Source of the DNA: an uncultured Desulfarculus sp.
Lineage (GTDB): Bacteria > Desulfobacterota > Desulfarculia > Desulfarculales > Desulfarculaceae
Length of the DNA stretch: 64,000 bases
Direction: 5' to 3'
NCBI GenBank assembly: GCA_963665125.2
Contig: CAXXUK010000001.1
Coordinates: 1,728,001 to 1,792,000, forward strand
Part shown: positions 28,140 to 38,253 of the stretch, piece by piece
Numbering within the stretch: the first letter of the stretch is position 1
Layout: each line of letters begins with the position of its first letter
The notes under the pieces: model-generated
Database searches by the model: none
What the model was told of the DNA's origin: nothing
The model's input: only the letters and a program-made list of their open reading frames with translations
Program-made: the position numbers and the translations under genes

Positions 28140-29015
28140 ATGAAAGGCATAATTCTGGCCGGTGGTTCCGGCACCAGGCTTTTTCCAATGACCCAGGTGG
28201 TCAGCAAGCAGCTGCTGCCCGTCTACGACAAGCCCATGATCTATTACCCGCTTTCGGTGCTGATGCTCAGCAATATCCGCGACATTCTGGTGATTTCCAC
28301 CCCCCAGGATCTGCCCCGTTTCCACGAACTGTTGGGCGACGGCTCCCGATGGGGCATCAACTTGTCCTACATTGAGCAGACACGCCCCGAGGGACTGGCC
28401 CACGCCTTTATTCTGGGCCGCCAATTTGTCGGAAACGACTCCGTATGCCTGATCCTGGGCGACAACATCTTCTTCGGCCAGGGCCTGCGCCAGGCCATGC
28501 AACGGGCCATGGCCCGCGACCAGGGCGCCACGATATTCGCCTACCTGGTCCGCGACCCCCAGCGCTACGGCATCGTCAAGTTCGACGAAAACGGCCTGGC
28601 CACCAATATCGAGGAAAAGCCGGCCGTACCAAAATCCAACTGGGCCGTCACCGGTCTTTACTATTACGACAACCAGGTTCTGGACATCGCCGCCAAACTC
28701 AAACCATCGGCCCGCGGCGAGTTGGAAATAACCGACGTCAACAATGCCTATCTGGCCCAGGGGCAGCTCAACGTGGAAAAGATGGGCAGGGGTATGGCCT
28801 GGCTGGATACGGGCACTCCAGGCTCGCTCTTAAAGGCCGCCAACTTCATCGGGGCCCTGGAGTCGCGCCAAAGCCTCAAGGTGGCCTGCCCCGAGGAAGT
28901 GGCCTACAACATGGGCTTCATCGATGCGGCCCAGGTGGAGCGGCTGGCCCGCCCACTGATGCAGAACAGCTACGGCCAATATCTGTTGCAGATCATCAAA
29001 CCGGAATATCAATAA
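28140..29015 (+). CDS. rmlA: Glucose-1-phosphate thymidylyltransferase
   Basis: [49 protein letters not shown]. Confidence 0.97.
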   Translation: MKGIILAGGSGTRLFPMTQVVSKQLLPVYDKPMIYYPLSVLMLSNIRDILVISTPQDLPRFHELLGDGSRWGINLSYIEQTRPEGLAHAFILGRQFVGNDSVCLILGDNIFFGQGLRQAMQRAMARDQGATIFAYLVRDPQRYGIVKFDENGLATNIEEKPAVPKSNWAVTGLYYYDNQVLDIAAKLKPSARGELEITDVNNAYLAQGQLNVEKMGRGMAWLDTGTPGSLLKAANFIGALESRQSLKVACPEEVAYNMGFIDAAQVERLARPLMQNSYGQYLLQIIKPEYQ

Positions 29016-29032
29016 CCCAGCGGAGGACACAG

Positions 29033-29494
29033 TTGGACCTCATCGACGGCGTTAAAATCAAACAGCTCAAGGTCATCCCCGACGAACGGGGCCGCCTCAT
29101 GGAAATACTGCGCTGCGACGACGAGCTATTCCTGGAATTCGGCCAGGTGTACATGACCACCACCCTGCCCGGCGTGGTCAAGGCCTGGCATTTGCACAAA
29201 AAACAACACGACAATGTTTGCTGCGTATTCGGCATGATCCGCCTGGGCCTCTACGACGACCGCGAAGGCTCGCCCACCAGGGGCATGACCAACGAATTCT
29301 ACATGGGCACCCACCGCCCCCTCTTGGTGCAGATCCCGCCCCTGGTCTACCACGGCTGGAAATGCGTCAGCGTGGAAGAAGCCCTCATCGTCAACACCGT
29401 CACCAAACCCTATGACTACAAAGAACCCGACGAGTTCCGCCTGGACGCCCACGACCCGGCCGTGCCCTGGGATTGGACCCGCAAAGACGGTTAA
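29033..29494 (+). CDS. rmlC: dTDP-4-dehydrorhamnose 3,5-epimerase family cupin (short type)
   Basis: TTG start after GGAGGA; DERGRLME, PGVVKAWHLH, YDDREGSPT, IPPLVYHG. Confidence 0.85.
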   Translation: MDLIDGVKIKQLKVIPDERGRLMEILRCDDELFLEFGQVYMTTTLPGVVKAWHLHKKQHDNVCCVFGMIRLGLYDDREGSPTRGMTNEFYMGTHRPLLVQIPPLVYHGWKCVSVEEALIVNTVTKPYDYKEPDEFRLDAHDPAVPWDWTRKDG

Positions 29495-29546
29495 AACGCC
29501 GACCTGATACAACAGGATCGTTCACGCCTGATTGATTGGGGGGATT

Positions 29547-30857
29547 GTGAAATTCCTATTTCGGGTAATGCTGTGCTTTGCGCTGTTGACCGCGCCGGGG
29601 TGCGGCGATGCTGACACCCAGAAAGAAAAGATGCTCCGGGCCCTGGTCGAGGCACAACTGCAAGATCAAACCAGCCAGGAAGAAAACCGCGAAGAAGAAG
29701 AAGCCCAAAAGGCCCGAATGGCGCGGCTGGTGGATCAAAGCCTGGCCAAGCTGGACCGCCAGTCAATCCTTGATCAGGCCCTGAAAATTGCACGAAATAT
29801 TGATGATCCTAGTAATAGAGCCAAGGCACTTTGTTATGTGGCGGTTGCAGCCGTTAGTGATGAAATCTTTGACGAGGCGGAGGATGCGCTCAACAGCGAT
29901 GAGGAAAGGCTCGCCAGAGCTTTCGCGTTAATGGGAATAGTCACCCATTTAATCTGGCAAGAAGAATACGACCATGCGAGTAATTTTGTACGCTTAGTGG
30001 GTTCGGCCGAAGAAAGGGATAATTACTTTATCGATATAGCAATCGGTCAAGCGGAAAAAGGAGATATCGGCAAGGCTCAGGACACTGCACTTGAAATAAA
30101 AAGTACTTACGGAAGAGATGTCATCAAGTGCAACATTGCAAGAAAACTTGCAGAATCAGGCGACACCGTAAAAGCCATGGAAACTACCCAATCCATCCAG
30201 ATAGAGTCCATGAGACTTTGGGCTATGGGCATAATCTCCGTGGCAACCAAAAATCAACAGCTGTTGAACGATGCTCTAACCTCTGCACAGTCGATAAAAA
30301 ATAATAAATCACGAGTTCATGCCTTATACCTACTAGCCACGGTCTATGTTGAAAACAACGATATTAATCAGGTAAAAACCATTATCACATCAATAAAAGA
30401 CCCTAATTCAGTAAAAGCCATAACGTCTCGTTTTGCTTTGGCCTATGCAGAGGACGGCGACTTTGATCAAGCCTATACAACTATTAAAGATTTTACGACA
30501 AGCCTCAACAATTTAAACTTATTGTCAGGTATCGTAATTTTACATGCCCAAAATGGTGATAAGAACGAAGCATTATCAATTGCCCGAATAATCCGCGATG
30601 ATTTTGACAAGGCAGGGGTACTTTGGACCATCGCCGAGAAAACCAATGATCCAGCCTTGCTTGCCGAAGCCAAAGAAGTCCTATCGAATATGGGTGATAA
30701 AGTTAGGGAAAAGGATGTTTTGAGCATCATCGCACCAATCGAGGCCAAACTTTTGGGCATAGAAAAAGCCAAGCAAACGCTAAAGAAACTCACCCAAGAA
30801 TCGGACCTGGTACAGGCCCTCTGTGAAATCGCCCAGCAATACCCGGAAAATAAGTAA
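29547..30857 (+). CDS. Lipoprotein with alpha-solenoid (TPR-like) repeats
   Basis: Lipobox-like TAPGC; recurring ALxIARxIxDxxxRAxAL and AExGDxxKA units; AT-rich core. Confidence 0.8.
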   Translation: MKFLFRVMLCFALLTAPGCGDADTQKEKMLRALVEAQLQDQTSQEENREEEEAQKARMARLVDQSLAKLDRQSILDQALKIARNIDDPSNRAKALCYVAVAAVSDEIFDEAEDALNSDEERLARAFALMGIVTHLIWQEEYDHASNFVRLVGSAEERDNYFIDIAIGQAEKGDIGKAQDTALEIKSTYGRDVIKCNIARKLAESGDTVKAMETTQSIQIESMRLWAMGIISVATKNQQLLNDALTSAQSIKNNKSRVHALYLLATVYVENNDINQVKTIITSIKDPNSVKAITSRFALAYAEDGDFDQAYTTIKDFTTSLNNLNLLSGIVILHAQNGDKNEALSIARIIRDDFDKAGVLWTIAEKTNDPALLAEAKEVLSNMGDKVREKDVLSIIAPIEAKLLGIEKAKQTLKKLTQESDLVQALCEIAQQYPENK

Positions 30858-30906
30858 GCGGAAAGGCAACCCGGTCTTAGAGCCCGGCGCGGCCCTTAGC
30901 CAAACG

Positions 30907-31149
30907 CGTTTATCTGTTTTGCCGAAGGCAAAACAGATAAACGATGCGGTTTTGTTTTGGGATGGGGGTCTGGGGAAACATTAATCCGCTGAAATAAAGC
31001 GGGTCATGGACGGCCCGCCGAAGCAGCCACCTGAAAGGGTGCGGCTTCGGCAATCCAATCAAAATCACGCTTTTGATTGGATTGCGGTTGCAAGGGGCAG
31101 GACGCCCCTTGCAACAGAGAAATCAGACAAAAAGGTTTCCCCCAGCATC
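30907..31149. repeat. Multi-hairpin intergenic palindromic element (REP/MITE-like or structured RNA)
   Basis: Perfect 17 bp stem at 30907-30943, then ctggggaaac/gtttccccc arms enclosing four further stems. Confidence 0.65.
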
Positions 31150-31154
31150 TCGAA

Positions 31155-32372
31155 TCACAAACTTGGCGCTTGATCCTCGGCCATGGCCTGGCGCCAGGCG
31201 CGGACGCTCTTGAGGCAGCGGTTGGCTTCGACCGCCGTGCGGCTGTCCTTTTCGGCCCGTTTGGCGGCGAGATTGAAAGCTTCCTCGGCCTTGGCGGCCT
31301 TTTCCATCTGCCATGCGGCGTATCCGGCCAGGAGGCTGTTCTTGCCGTCCTTGTCCTCGATGGCCGCCGCCTTGCTGAAGGCGTCATAGGCCTGGCCGTA
31401 GTGTTTGCGCATCATGTTTATACGCCCCGCCAGGACCCAGCGTTTGGCCGTTGGTTTGGCTTTGGCCGCGGCAACGGCCTGTTCCAGGGCCTGATCGTAG
31501 AAGTGGCCTTCAAGGTACACGCGGGCCAGTATGTCCCTGTCCTTGGGCGTGGGGTTGGCCCCAAAAGCGATCAGGTAGCGTTTGGCCGCCTGCTTGGGCG
31601 CGCCTGCCGCCCGGTGGATGTCGCCCAGTTGCCGCCATGCGGAGGCGTTATCCGGCGGCTTGAGGCGATAGGCCACCTCCATTGCCGCGGCGGCGCCGGC
31701 GTATTCGCTAAGTTCTAGTTTAATTGAGGCCAGCAGCCGCCAGTTGACGTCCTTGTCCGGCTGGATCTGCAACAGCTTTTCCAGGACAGGCTCGGCCTTG
31801 CGGGGCTGTTTGAGGTTGAGATAGCACTGCACCAGGGCGGCCAGCCAGTGGGCCTTGGGCTTGTCCATTGCGGCAAGTTTTTTAAGGATGGGCAGTCCCT
31901 TGTCAGCCTGTTTGGCGGCCATATAAAAGACCCCCGCCGAGTACAGCGTTTCCGGATCGGGCTTTTCAGCCACCTCGTAGGCCGTTAGCATCAGCTCGGC
32001 GGCCTCGACGTATTTTTCCTGCTCAAAACGCACCACGGCCAGGTTTTGGGCCGCGGCTGCATAGCAGGGATAAATTTTCAGGGACTCGGTAAACAACTCG
32101 GCGGCCTTTTTGAGCTGCTTTTGCTGGTAGGCCAAGATGCCCCTGTAAAAACACAGATAGTGGTCTTTGGTGTCGGGGTTTTCCTTGGCCCATTTATCCA
32201 GGTCGGCGGCAGCCTGTTTTTCCTTTTTCTCGGATACAAGCTTTTGGGCCGCATGCACCGCCGCCTGCACGGTACGCGACATTGCCGGTTCGCGGGGGCA
32301 GTCCCGGGCAATGGCCGGGGCTGCCCACAACAGGCACATCAACATCGATATTATTGCCGTTGTCTTTTTCAT
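31155..32372 (-). CDS. Periplasmic TPR protein (TtpD-like) of TonB operon
   Basis: Signal peptide, continuous TPR helices; ATGA overlap with tonB stop. Confidence 0.85.
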   Translation of the reverse strand: MKKTTAIISMLMCLLWAAPAIARDCPREPAMSRTVQAAVHAAQKLVSEKKEKQAAADLDKWAKENPDTKDHYLCFYRGILAYQQKQLKKAAELFTESLKIYPCYAAAAQNLAVVRFEQEKYVEAAELMLTAYEVAEKPDPETLYSAGVFYMAAKQADKGLPILKKLAAMDKPKAHWLAALVQCYLNLKQPRKAEPVLEKLLQIQPDKDVNWRLLASIKLELSEYAGAAAAMEVAYRLKPPDNASAWRQLGDIHRAAGAPKQAAKRYLIAFGANPTPKDRDILARVYLEGHFYDQALEQAVAAAKAKPTAKRWVLAGRINMMRKHYGQAYDAFSKAAAIEDKDGKNSLLAGYAAWQMEKAAKAEEAFNLAAKRAEKDSRTAVEANRCLKSVRAWRQAMAEDQAPSL

Positions 32373-33019
32373 CGCCTGTCCAGGGAGAATCGGACCGAAG
32401 TCTCGACCCATGTTTCCACCGGAGCGCCGTCCTTACGCCCCGGCTTGAAGCGCCAGCGCCGGACCGTGCGAAGGACCGTCTCCTCGAACACCCCCGTGGG
32501 CTCGGCCCTAAGCACTTCCAGATGGCGCACGTTGCCTTCCAGGTCCACCAGGAACCTGATATCCACAAAGCCTTCGATGCCCCGCCGCCGGGCCAGATAG
32601 GGATACGGCGGAGGGATGCGTCCCGTGGCCATGGGCAGAGTGTCCACGTCGCCCAGTTCGAAACGGGCCGGACCGGGCGGGGCCACGGCCATGCCCATGT
32701 TCAGCCGCGGGTTGACGTCAAAGCTCAGTTGAGGCCGCTGAAGGCTGACCGTGGTGGACAGCGGCTTCATTTCGATCACCTTGGCCTGGAGTTTGGGCGG
32801 CGGCGGCGGCGGCGTGGGCTCGGGCTCATCGATTTTGGGCTTATTGATGGGCATGAAGGTTGTCACCTCGTTGAGCACCGGACCGCTGGTATGCTCCAGA
32901 TTGCGCTGCAACATCGGCGCGCCGCAAAACACCAGCAGGTTTATGCCCAGGGCGCACAGCAGCGCCATGAGCATGGCTCGGCCCCTGATGCGGCCGTTAT
33001 TGCGCCTGGCCAGATTCAA
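32369..33019 (-). CDS. tonB: Energy transducer TonB
   Basis: TM anchor, Pro-rich EPEPTPPPPPP, PPYPYLARRRGIEGFV, RRWRFKPG; TTG start overlapping exbD stop after GGAGG. Confidence 0.92.
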   Translation of the reverse strand: MNLARRNNGRIRGRAMLMALLCALGINLLVFCGAPMLQRNLEHTSGPVLNEVTTFMPINKPKIDEPEPTPPPPPPKLQAKVIEMKPLSTTVSLQRPQLSFDVNPRLNMGMAVAPPGPARFELGDVDTLPMATGRIPPPYPYLARRRGIEGFVDIRFLVDLEGNVRHLEVLRAEPTGVFEETVLRTVRRWRFKPGRKDGAPVETWVETSVRFSLDRR

Positions 33020-33447
33020 TTGGCCCTCCGGTTGGCCGCCACGGATACGTTTTTGGCTCCTGCCAATCTGCACTGGTCCAGAACCTCGATAACCCGTCCG
33101 GTCATGCTAGCCTTGTCGGCGATCACCACAATGCCGCCCTTGGGGTCTTCCGCCAAATACCGCTCCACCAGACCCCGGATGCTGCGCAGGTCCACCTGCC
33201 TGCGGTCCATGAAGACACGGCCCTGTTTGTCCACGGCCACCATCATGGCCGCCTTGTCCCTGGTCGTGGCCGTGGAGGCTGTCGGCCGTTGAACGTCGAC
33301 GCCCGCCTCCCGCACGAAGCTGGTTGTAACCAGGAAGAAGATCAAGAGGATGAAGACCATATCGATAAGGGGAGCCATGTCGATCTGGCTGTCTTCATTG
33401 AGGGTGTCTCCCCCGAAACGGCCCAATCTGCCCCGTAAGCCACTCAT
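33016..33447 (-). CDS. exbD: ExbD/TolR family protein
   Basis: IDMAPLIDMVFILLIFFLVTTSF. Confidence 0.95.
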   Translation of the reverse strand: MSGLRGRLGRFGGDTLNEDSQIDMAPLIDMVFILLIFFLVTTSFVREAGVDVQRPTASTATTRDKAAMMVAVDKQGRVFMDRRQVDLRSIRGLVERYLAEDPKGGIVVIADKASMTGRVIEVLDQCRLAGAKNVSVAANRRAN

Positions 33448-34059
33448 TTAAAAAGCCTCCCTGGATTCAAGCCAGCTGGCCACTGCCCGCTGGAAGGAAA
33501 GCAGACGGTTGATTTGTTTACGCACGCCCCGCCGCAAGGCCCATCCGGCCAAGACGCCGGGTATGGCCACCATCAGCCCGGTCTGGGTGGTGATCAGGGC
33601 CTCGCTGATGCCCCCGGCCATGGCCTGGGCATTACCCGTGCCAAAGATGCCGATTACCTCGAAGGTGTCGATCATGCCGGTTACCGTGCCCAACAGGCCC
33701 AACAGCGGCGCCGCCGCGGCTAGGATCAATATGGCGTCCATATGCCGCCACAGACGCGGGGCCTGATGGCGCACCGACATTTCCCAAAGGCTCAGGTCGG
33801 CCTTGCCGCCCCGGCCCGGCTGGGCCATGAAATATTCCAGCGCACCGGCCATTGGCCCGGTCTCCGGCGGAGGCGGAGAGGCCTTGCCCAAAAGGCATTG
33901 GGTGGCCAACACCAAGTCTATATGCTCCCGGCCCGTTCGCCAAAGCCATAGCGACTTGGCCATGATCAGCGTCCACAGCCAAAGCGAGACGGCCAACAGC
34001 GGCCACATCACCGGCCCTCCGGCCAGGATGAAAAACCAGGCGTTTTCCAAAAAGTCCAC
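33448..34059 (-). CDS. exbB: ExbB/TolQ proton channel subunit
   Basis: [38 protein letters not shown]. Confidence 0.92.
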   Translation of the reverse strand: MDFLENAWFFILAGGPVMWPLLAVSLWLWTLIMAKSLWLWRTGREHIDLVLATQCLLGKASPPPPETGPMAGALEYFMAQPGRGGKADLSLWEMSVRHQAPRLWRHMDAILILAAAAPLLGLLGTVTGMIDTFEVIGIFGTGNAQAMAGGISEALITTQTGLMVAIPGVLAGWALRRGVRKQINRLLSFQRAVASWLESREAF

Positions 34060-34062
34060 GTC

Positions 34063-35442
34063 CTAGGCTCCCGCCTTCATCATGGCCGCGGCCAGGGCCA
34101 GGGCCTTTTCTTCCATGTCGCCGGCGATACGCTGGACCCGGCGCCCCAACAGGGCGGCGGCGATCAGAATCGGAATGGCCACGGCCAGGCCCAATTGGGT
34201 TGTGATCAGGGCCTCGCTGATGCCACCCGCCATGAGCCTGGGGTCGCCCGTGCCGTGCACGGTGATCACATGGAAGGTGTTGATCATACCGGTGACCGTG
34301 CCCAACAGGCCCAATAGCGGCGATACTCCCGCCAGTACCTTGAGCACCTGGATAAAGCGCTCCAGGCGGGGCATTTCCCGCAGAATCGCCTCGGACAGGC
34401 CGCTTTCCACAACTTCCTGGGGCTGCCCCAGCAGGGCCAAACCGGCCTTGATAACGTTGCTGGTGGGCCGGCCTTCCTGGTTGTCGGCCTCGGCAATGGC
34501 TCCGGCTATGTCGCCCTGGGCCACCTTGGCCGATACATTGCTCATCAGTTCGTCGGTGTTGGCCCGCACCCGGCGCAAAAACACCAGGCGCTCTCCGATC
34601 AGGCCGATAGCCACCAAGCCGACCAGCAGGATGGGCCAAACCAGGGGGCCGCCGCTGAGCACGCGCTCGGTGAATGTGCTGCGCCGGGCCAGTTGCCTGA
34701 GCGCCGCGCCGCCGCTGATATCCATGGTCACCGCATCGGCGCCGCTGAAATAGGCGTCCACCGACCCGCCGACTCCCCAGGGCAGATCGCCGCTGACGGC
34801 AAGCAAACGCCCAGTGGATGGTCCAAGGGTCAGATAGCCGCTTTGGCCGTTGTTATAGACGGTGCTGAATCCGCCGATGCGGATGATGTCGGCCTGGGCC
34901 GTCTGGCCGTGCTCGTCAATGTATTCGCCCTTGCGTCTGGTTATCTGGCCGCTGGCCTGCATCTCCTCGAAGAACAGATCGACCAGCTTACGGATATCAT
35001 CCAAGCCGGGAAAACGGCTCTTGCCCAGATAGGGCCGCAACTCTTCAAGACGCTGGGGGCGCTCGGCCGTCACCGGCGAACGCTCGGCCAAGGCCAGAAG
35101 CTCCCGGGCCTGGGCCCGCACGGTACCGGCCAGTTCGGCGATATCACCTTGTTTTTCAGCGACTTCCTGGCTTAGCTCGGCCCGTTGTTTGCTGACCTCC
35201 GTCAATTCCGCGCGCACCTGCTTCAGGCGCGCCTGCTCTGCGGCCAGGCTGCTCTGCAGACGGGCCACCTTGGCCCGGAGCTGTTCCTTTTCACTGGATA
35301 TATCTTGCTCGGTCATGACCCGTTCCTGGCCGGCCTGGCGCAGGTCCTGCTTGATCTCTCCGGCCACGGTGGGCAGATCAGCCGCCTGGGCGCAAACCGG
35401 AAGCAATATGATAGCCGTCAGTGCTGCAAGTAACCGCTTCAT
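34063..35442 (-). CDS. Large ExbB-like protein with periplasmic coiled-coil N-terminus (TtpC-like)
   Basis: Signal peptide, long coiled coil, C-terminal [30 protein letters not shown]. Confidence 0.9.
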   Translation of the reverse strand: MKRLLAALTAIILLPVCAQAADLPTVAGEIKQDLRQAGQERVMTEQDISSEKEQLRAKVARLQSSLAAEQARLKQVRAELTEVSKQRAELSQEVAEKQGDIAELAGTVRAQARELLALAERSPVTAERPQRLEELRPYLGKSRFPGLDDIRKLVDLFFEEMQASGQITRRKGEYIDEHGQTAQADIIRIGGFSTVYNNGQSGYLTLGPSTGRLLAVSGDLPWGVGGSVDAYFSGADAVTMDISGGAALRQLARRSTFTERVLSGGPLVWPILLVGLVAIGLIGERLVFLRRVRANTDELMSNVSAKVAQGDIAGAIAEADNQEGRPTSNVIKAGLALLGQPQEVVESGLSEAILREMPRLERFIQVLKVLAGVSPLLGLLGTVTGMINTFHVITVHGTGDPRLMAGGISEALITTQLGLAVAIPILIAAALLGRRVQRIAGDMEEKALALAAAMMKAGA

Positions 35443-36218
35443 GGTTTGACCTCCCCGGCGGGAGCCTTGCCCACGGGCAGTTCAATCAGGCTGACCACCC
35501 TGATGCGTTGGGCCATGTCCGCCGCTTGGGCCAACAGCCTCTCGTAATCATCCATTGCCACCCATTTGCCCGTGGCCTTGTCAAAGCGCCAAGCGCTGCG
35601 GTCGTCCAGGCCGATGGCGAAAAGGCCCAAACGCCCCAGGCGCAGTACCCGGACTTGGCGGGGGCCGCCGTCCAGATTTACTTCCTGCTCGTGCACATCC
35701 ACGGTGGTGCCGTATTGGGCCTCTATGCGCAGGGCCTCCATCAGGCGGCGGGCCTTTTGGGCCGGAGAGGCATCATAATCGCCTAGTTTATCCGCCAGGT
35801 CCTTGAGCCTGTCCTGGCGCTCCTCGGCCAGGAACGGCATATCCTGGGCCACGAAGTCGGCAAGCCGGGTCATGGTCTCGTCCATGAACGGCTCCAACTC
35901 GGCCCGGATGCGCTCGATCTCTTTAAGCTTGTGCTCAAGATCGGCGACCTTTTGCTTTTGGCTGTCCAGATAGATCTCGGCCTTTTTTCTCTGTTTGGTG
36001 GTAACCTCAAGCTCGCGCTCCAAGGCCTCGGCCTTGTCCATGAGTTCCGCCTCCTCGGCGGCCCATTTGTCGAACTTTTTCTGGGTGCCCACTCTGGTCT
36101 GAACAGCGGCCTCGGCGTCACTGCGGACGCCTGAAGCAGTGGCCAGCGGTTGCTCGGCCCAGGCAGGGCTGCTCATCAGGCAACAAACGACGATGGCGAT
36201 AAACAGTTTTTTCGGCAT
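35439..36218 (-). CDS. DUF3450 (TtpB-like) periplasmic coiled-coil protein
   Basis: Signal peptide; DMPFLAEER, RRLMEALRIEAQYG, LRLGRLGL; first gene of TonB operon. Confidence 0.85.
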   Translation of the reverse strand: MPKKLFIAIVVCCLMSSPAWAEQPLATASGVRSDAEAAVQTRVGTQKKFDKWAAEEAELMDKAEALERELEVTTKQRKKAEIYLDSQKQKVADLEHKLKEIERIRAELEPFMDETMTRLADFVAQDMPFLAEERQDRLKDLADKLGDYDASPAQKARRLMEALRIEAQYGTTVDVHEQEVNLDGGPRQVRVLRLGRLGLFAIGLDDRSAWRFDKATGKWVAMDDYERLLAQAADMAQRIRVVSLIELPVGKAPAGEVKP

Positions 36219-36240
36219 GTAAGTGCTCTTGTGCTCCGGT

Positions 36241-36283
36241 AAAAAAACAAAACCCCAGCCTTTTCATAAAAAAGACTGGGGGA
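36241..36283 (-). terminator. Intrinsic terminator (attenuator) in the riboswitch leader
   Basis: Minus strand ccccagtctttt-ttatg-aaaaggctgggg followed by ttttgttttttt, ~20 nt before the first start codon. Confidence 0.8.
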
Positions 36284-36381
36284 CTGCACCCTGTTCTTGA
36301 TCCCTCCAGGTAGGCCCGCTGGTTACTTGAGAATTCTTCCCAAACCATGTCGATTACCCGCGACTTGTTGCGGACCCTGTC

Positions 36382-36565
36382 GGCTGGCAGGTCTTCTGGC
36401 TTCCGGTTGCAGCCTGAGGCTGCCTACGCCGCGCCTTCCCACAAGACGTTCTCGCAGTGGCTTGGGTTCTTCCTGAACCTTGTGCGGCGGGTAAACCGGT
36501 TACAGCGGCGGGACCGCGGCGGTTTTGCACCGCCTTCCCTATTAAGCCCCAAAAAGGCACCAACC
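36382..36565 (-). ncRNA. Cobalamin riboswitch
   Basis: Minus strand GGTGCC..TTAATAGGGAA-GGCGGTGCAAAACCGCC-GCGGTCCCGCCGCTGTAA, GCCACTG..GGGAAGGC, AAGCCAGAAGACCTGCC. Confidence 0.95.
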
Positions 36566-36649
36566 TCGGGTTCCTTTTTAGCCTATTTTATAAAGTTGTC
36601 AAGTGAATCATTACAACATAAGTCAAAACTTGTCAAAGCTTACCTTACA

Positions 36650-37375
36650 TCATAAGGCAAATCGAACTATCGAGGCGGCTGCCAGGCAGGCTGTTTCGGC
36701 CCGAAGGATGGTGCCCGGCAGGCCGCAGAGCGTAAAACCGGCGTTTTGGGCCAAAGCGACCTCGCTGTCATCAAAGCCGCCCTCCGGCCCGATGATCAGC
36801 CATACTTCCCCGGCCCGGCCGGTATCCGCCAAGGCCCGGGCCAGGCTCATGCCTTCATGGCGTTCATAGAGCATTATCTTGGCCGCGTTTTCCGGCGCGG
36901 ATTCCAGCAGGTCCGCGAAATCCACCGGCTCGAAAAACTCGGGCGTCCGTGGAGCCCCGCATTGTTTCAAGGCCTGGCCGGCCAGGCGCTGCCAGCGATC
37001 CAGACGGGCTCCGGCGTCCTTGATCTTGGGCTCGCTGCGCCGGGCCATGAACGGCCTGATCTGGTCCACGGCCAACTCGGTGAGCTTGACCGCGATTAAA
37101 TCCATTGCCGGCCCCTTGGCCAGGCCCGGACAGAGCACCAGCCGTGGTTGTAACGGCTCGGCGTCTTCAATCCGCAGCACCTTGCAGGTCATGCCCTCGC
37201 GGCCAAGCTGTAGGATCTCGGCCTCGGCCCGTTTGCCTCGGCCATCCAGCAGTTGCACCCTATCGCCCACGCCCAAGCGCAGAACTTTGCGGGCGTGATT
37301 GGCCTCGGTCTTGTCCAGTTGAACCGTCTCTTCGGCCAGATCACCGGGCGCGACCAAAAAGCGGCGCAGGCTCAT
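36650..37375 (-). CDS. rsmE: 16S rRNA m3U1498 methyltransferase
   Basis: HARKVLRL, KLTELAV, ALKQCG, IGPEGGF, ILRAETA. Confidence 0.93.
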   Translation of the reverse strand: MSLRRFLVAPGDLAEETVQLDKTEANHARKVLRLGVGDRVQLLDGRGKRAEAEILQLGREGMTCKVLRIEDAEPLQPRLVLCPGLAKGPAMDLIAVKLTELAVDQIRPFMARRSEPKIKDAGARLDRWQRLAGQALKQCGAPRTPEFFEPVDFADLLESAPENAAKIMLYERHEGMSLARALADTGRAGEVWLIIGPEGGFDDSEVALAQNAGFTLCGLPGTILRAETACLAAASIVRFAL

Positions 37376-38253
37376 GTCATTACCAGTCCGGCCCAGGCCG
37401 CCATTGTGTCCTGTTCCAGCATGTGCAGGCCCAGGGACTCGAAGGCCCGCTGCACCGGTTCCACCTGGTGCACCAGCATGCCCGAGCAGATCAGATACCC
37501 GCCCTTGGCCACCTTGGCCCGCAAAGGCTCGGCCAGCGCCAGCAGATCCTTGCCGGTGAGGTTGGCCAAAACCGCGCCAAAGGTGCCCGGCACATCCTCC
37601 AGGGGCGTCTGCTCGGCGCGGACCGCATTGTCCAGGCCGTTGGCCTTGGCGTTTTCCATGGTGGCGGCTACGGCCTGGGGGTCGATATCAATGGCCAAGG
37701 CACCCAAGGCGCCCAGTTTGACCGCGGCCATGGCCAGTATGCCGCTGCCGCAGCCCACATCCAGCACCTCCGGGCCCAGGCGGCCCTTATCAGCCAGGCT
37801 TTCCATGCGCTGCAGGCAGATCAGCGTGGTTTCATGCTGGCCCGTGCCAAAGGCCTGGCCGGGGTCGATGATAATCAGCTCCTGGTCGGGATGGGGAGCG
37901 ACCGGCCTCCACGGCGGGGCCACGACCAATGTCCGGGTGACGGCCCGGGGCTCGAAATTCTGCTTCCAGTTTTCGCCCCAGTCCTGACCGGCCAGGCTCT
38001 CAAAGCGCACCACCGCGCCCGTGCCTTCGGCGGCCAGGCTGTCCACGAAGCGCTGAATGGCGGCCTTTTGACCGGCCACATCGCCTGATGCGTCCAAGTA
38101 TCCGATGACACGCTCACAGTTGATTTTTCCGGGCGCCTGGGAAGTCTCGACGCCGGCGCCCGTAAGGCCCACCAAAAAATCAGCCGCTGCGTCGGCCTGA
38201 TGCTCGGGGGCCTCGACTATAACCTGGACCCACGTTGATACGTAATCGGACAT
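37372..38253 (-). CDS. prmA: Ribosomal protein L11 methyltransferase
   Basis: DWGENWK, IDPGQAFGTGQHETT, VLDVGCGSGILA, DIDPQAV. Confidence 0.94.
   Translation of the reverse strand: MSDYVSTWVQVIVEAPEHQADAAADFLVGLTGAGVETSQAPGKINCERVIGYLDASGDVAGQKAAIQRFVDSLAAEGTGAVVRFESLAGQDWGENWKQNFEPRAVTRTLVVAPPWRPVAPHPDQELIIIDPGQAFGTGQHETTLICLQRMESLADKGRLGPEVLDVGCGSGILAMAAVKLGALGALAIDIDPQAVAATMENAKANGLDNAVRAEQTPLEDVPGTFGAVLANLTGKDLLALAEPLRAKVAKGGYLICSGMLVHQVEPVQRAFESLGLHMLEQDTMAAWAGLVMT

Noticed and set aside
28445..29032. 349 aa ORF 28445-29494 as one protein
   Set aside because: The first 196 codons overlap rmlA out of frame; RmlC similarity and a strong SD begin at TTG 29033.
30907..31149. CRISPR array or tRNA
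   Set aside because: The stems are all different inverted repeats; there is no direct repeat-spacer periodicity and no T-loop or CCA signature.
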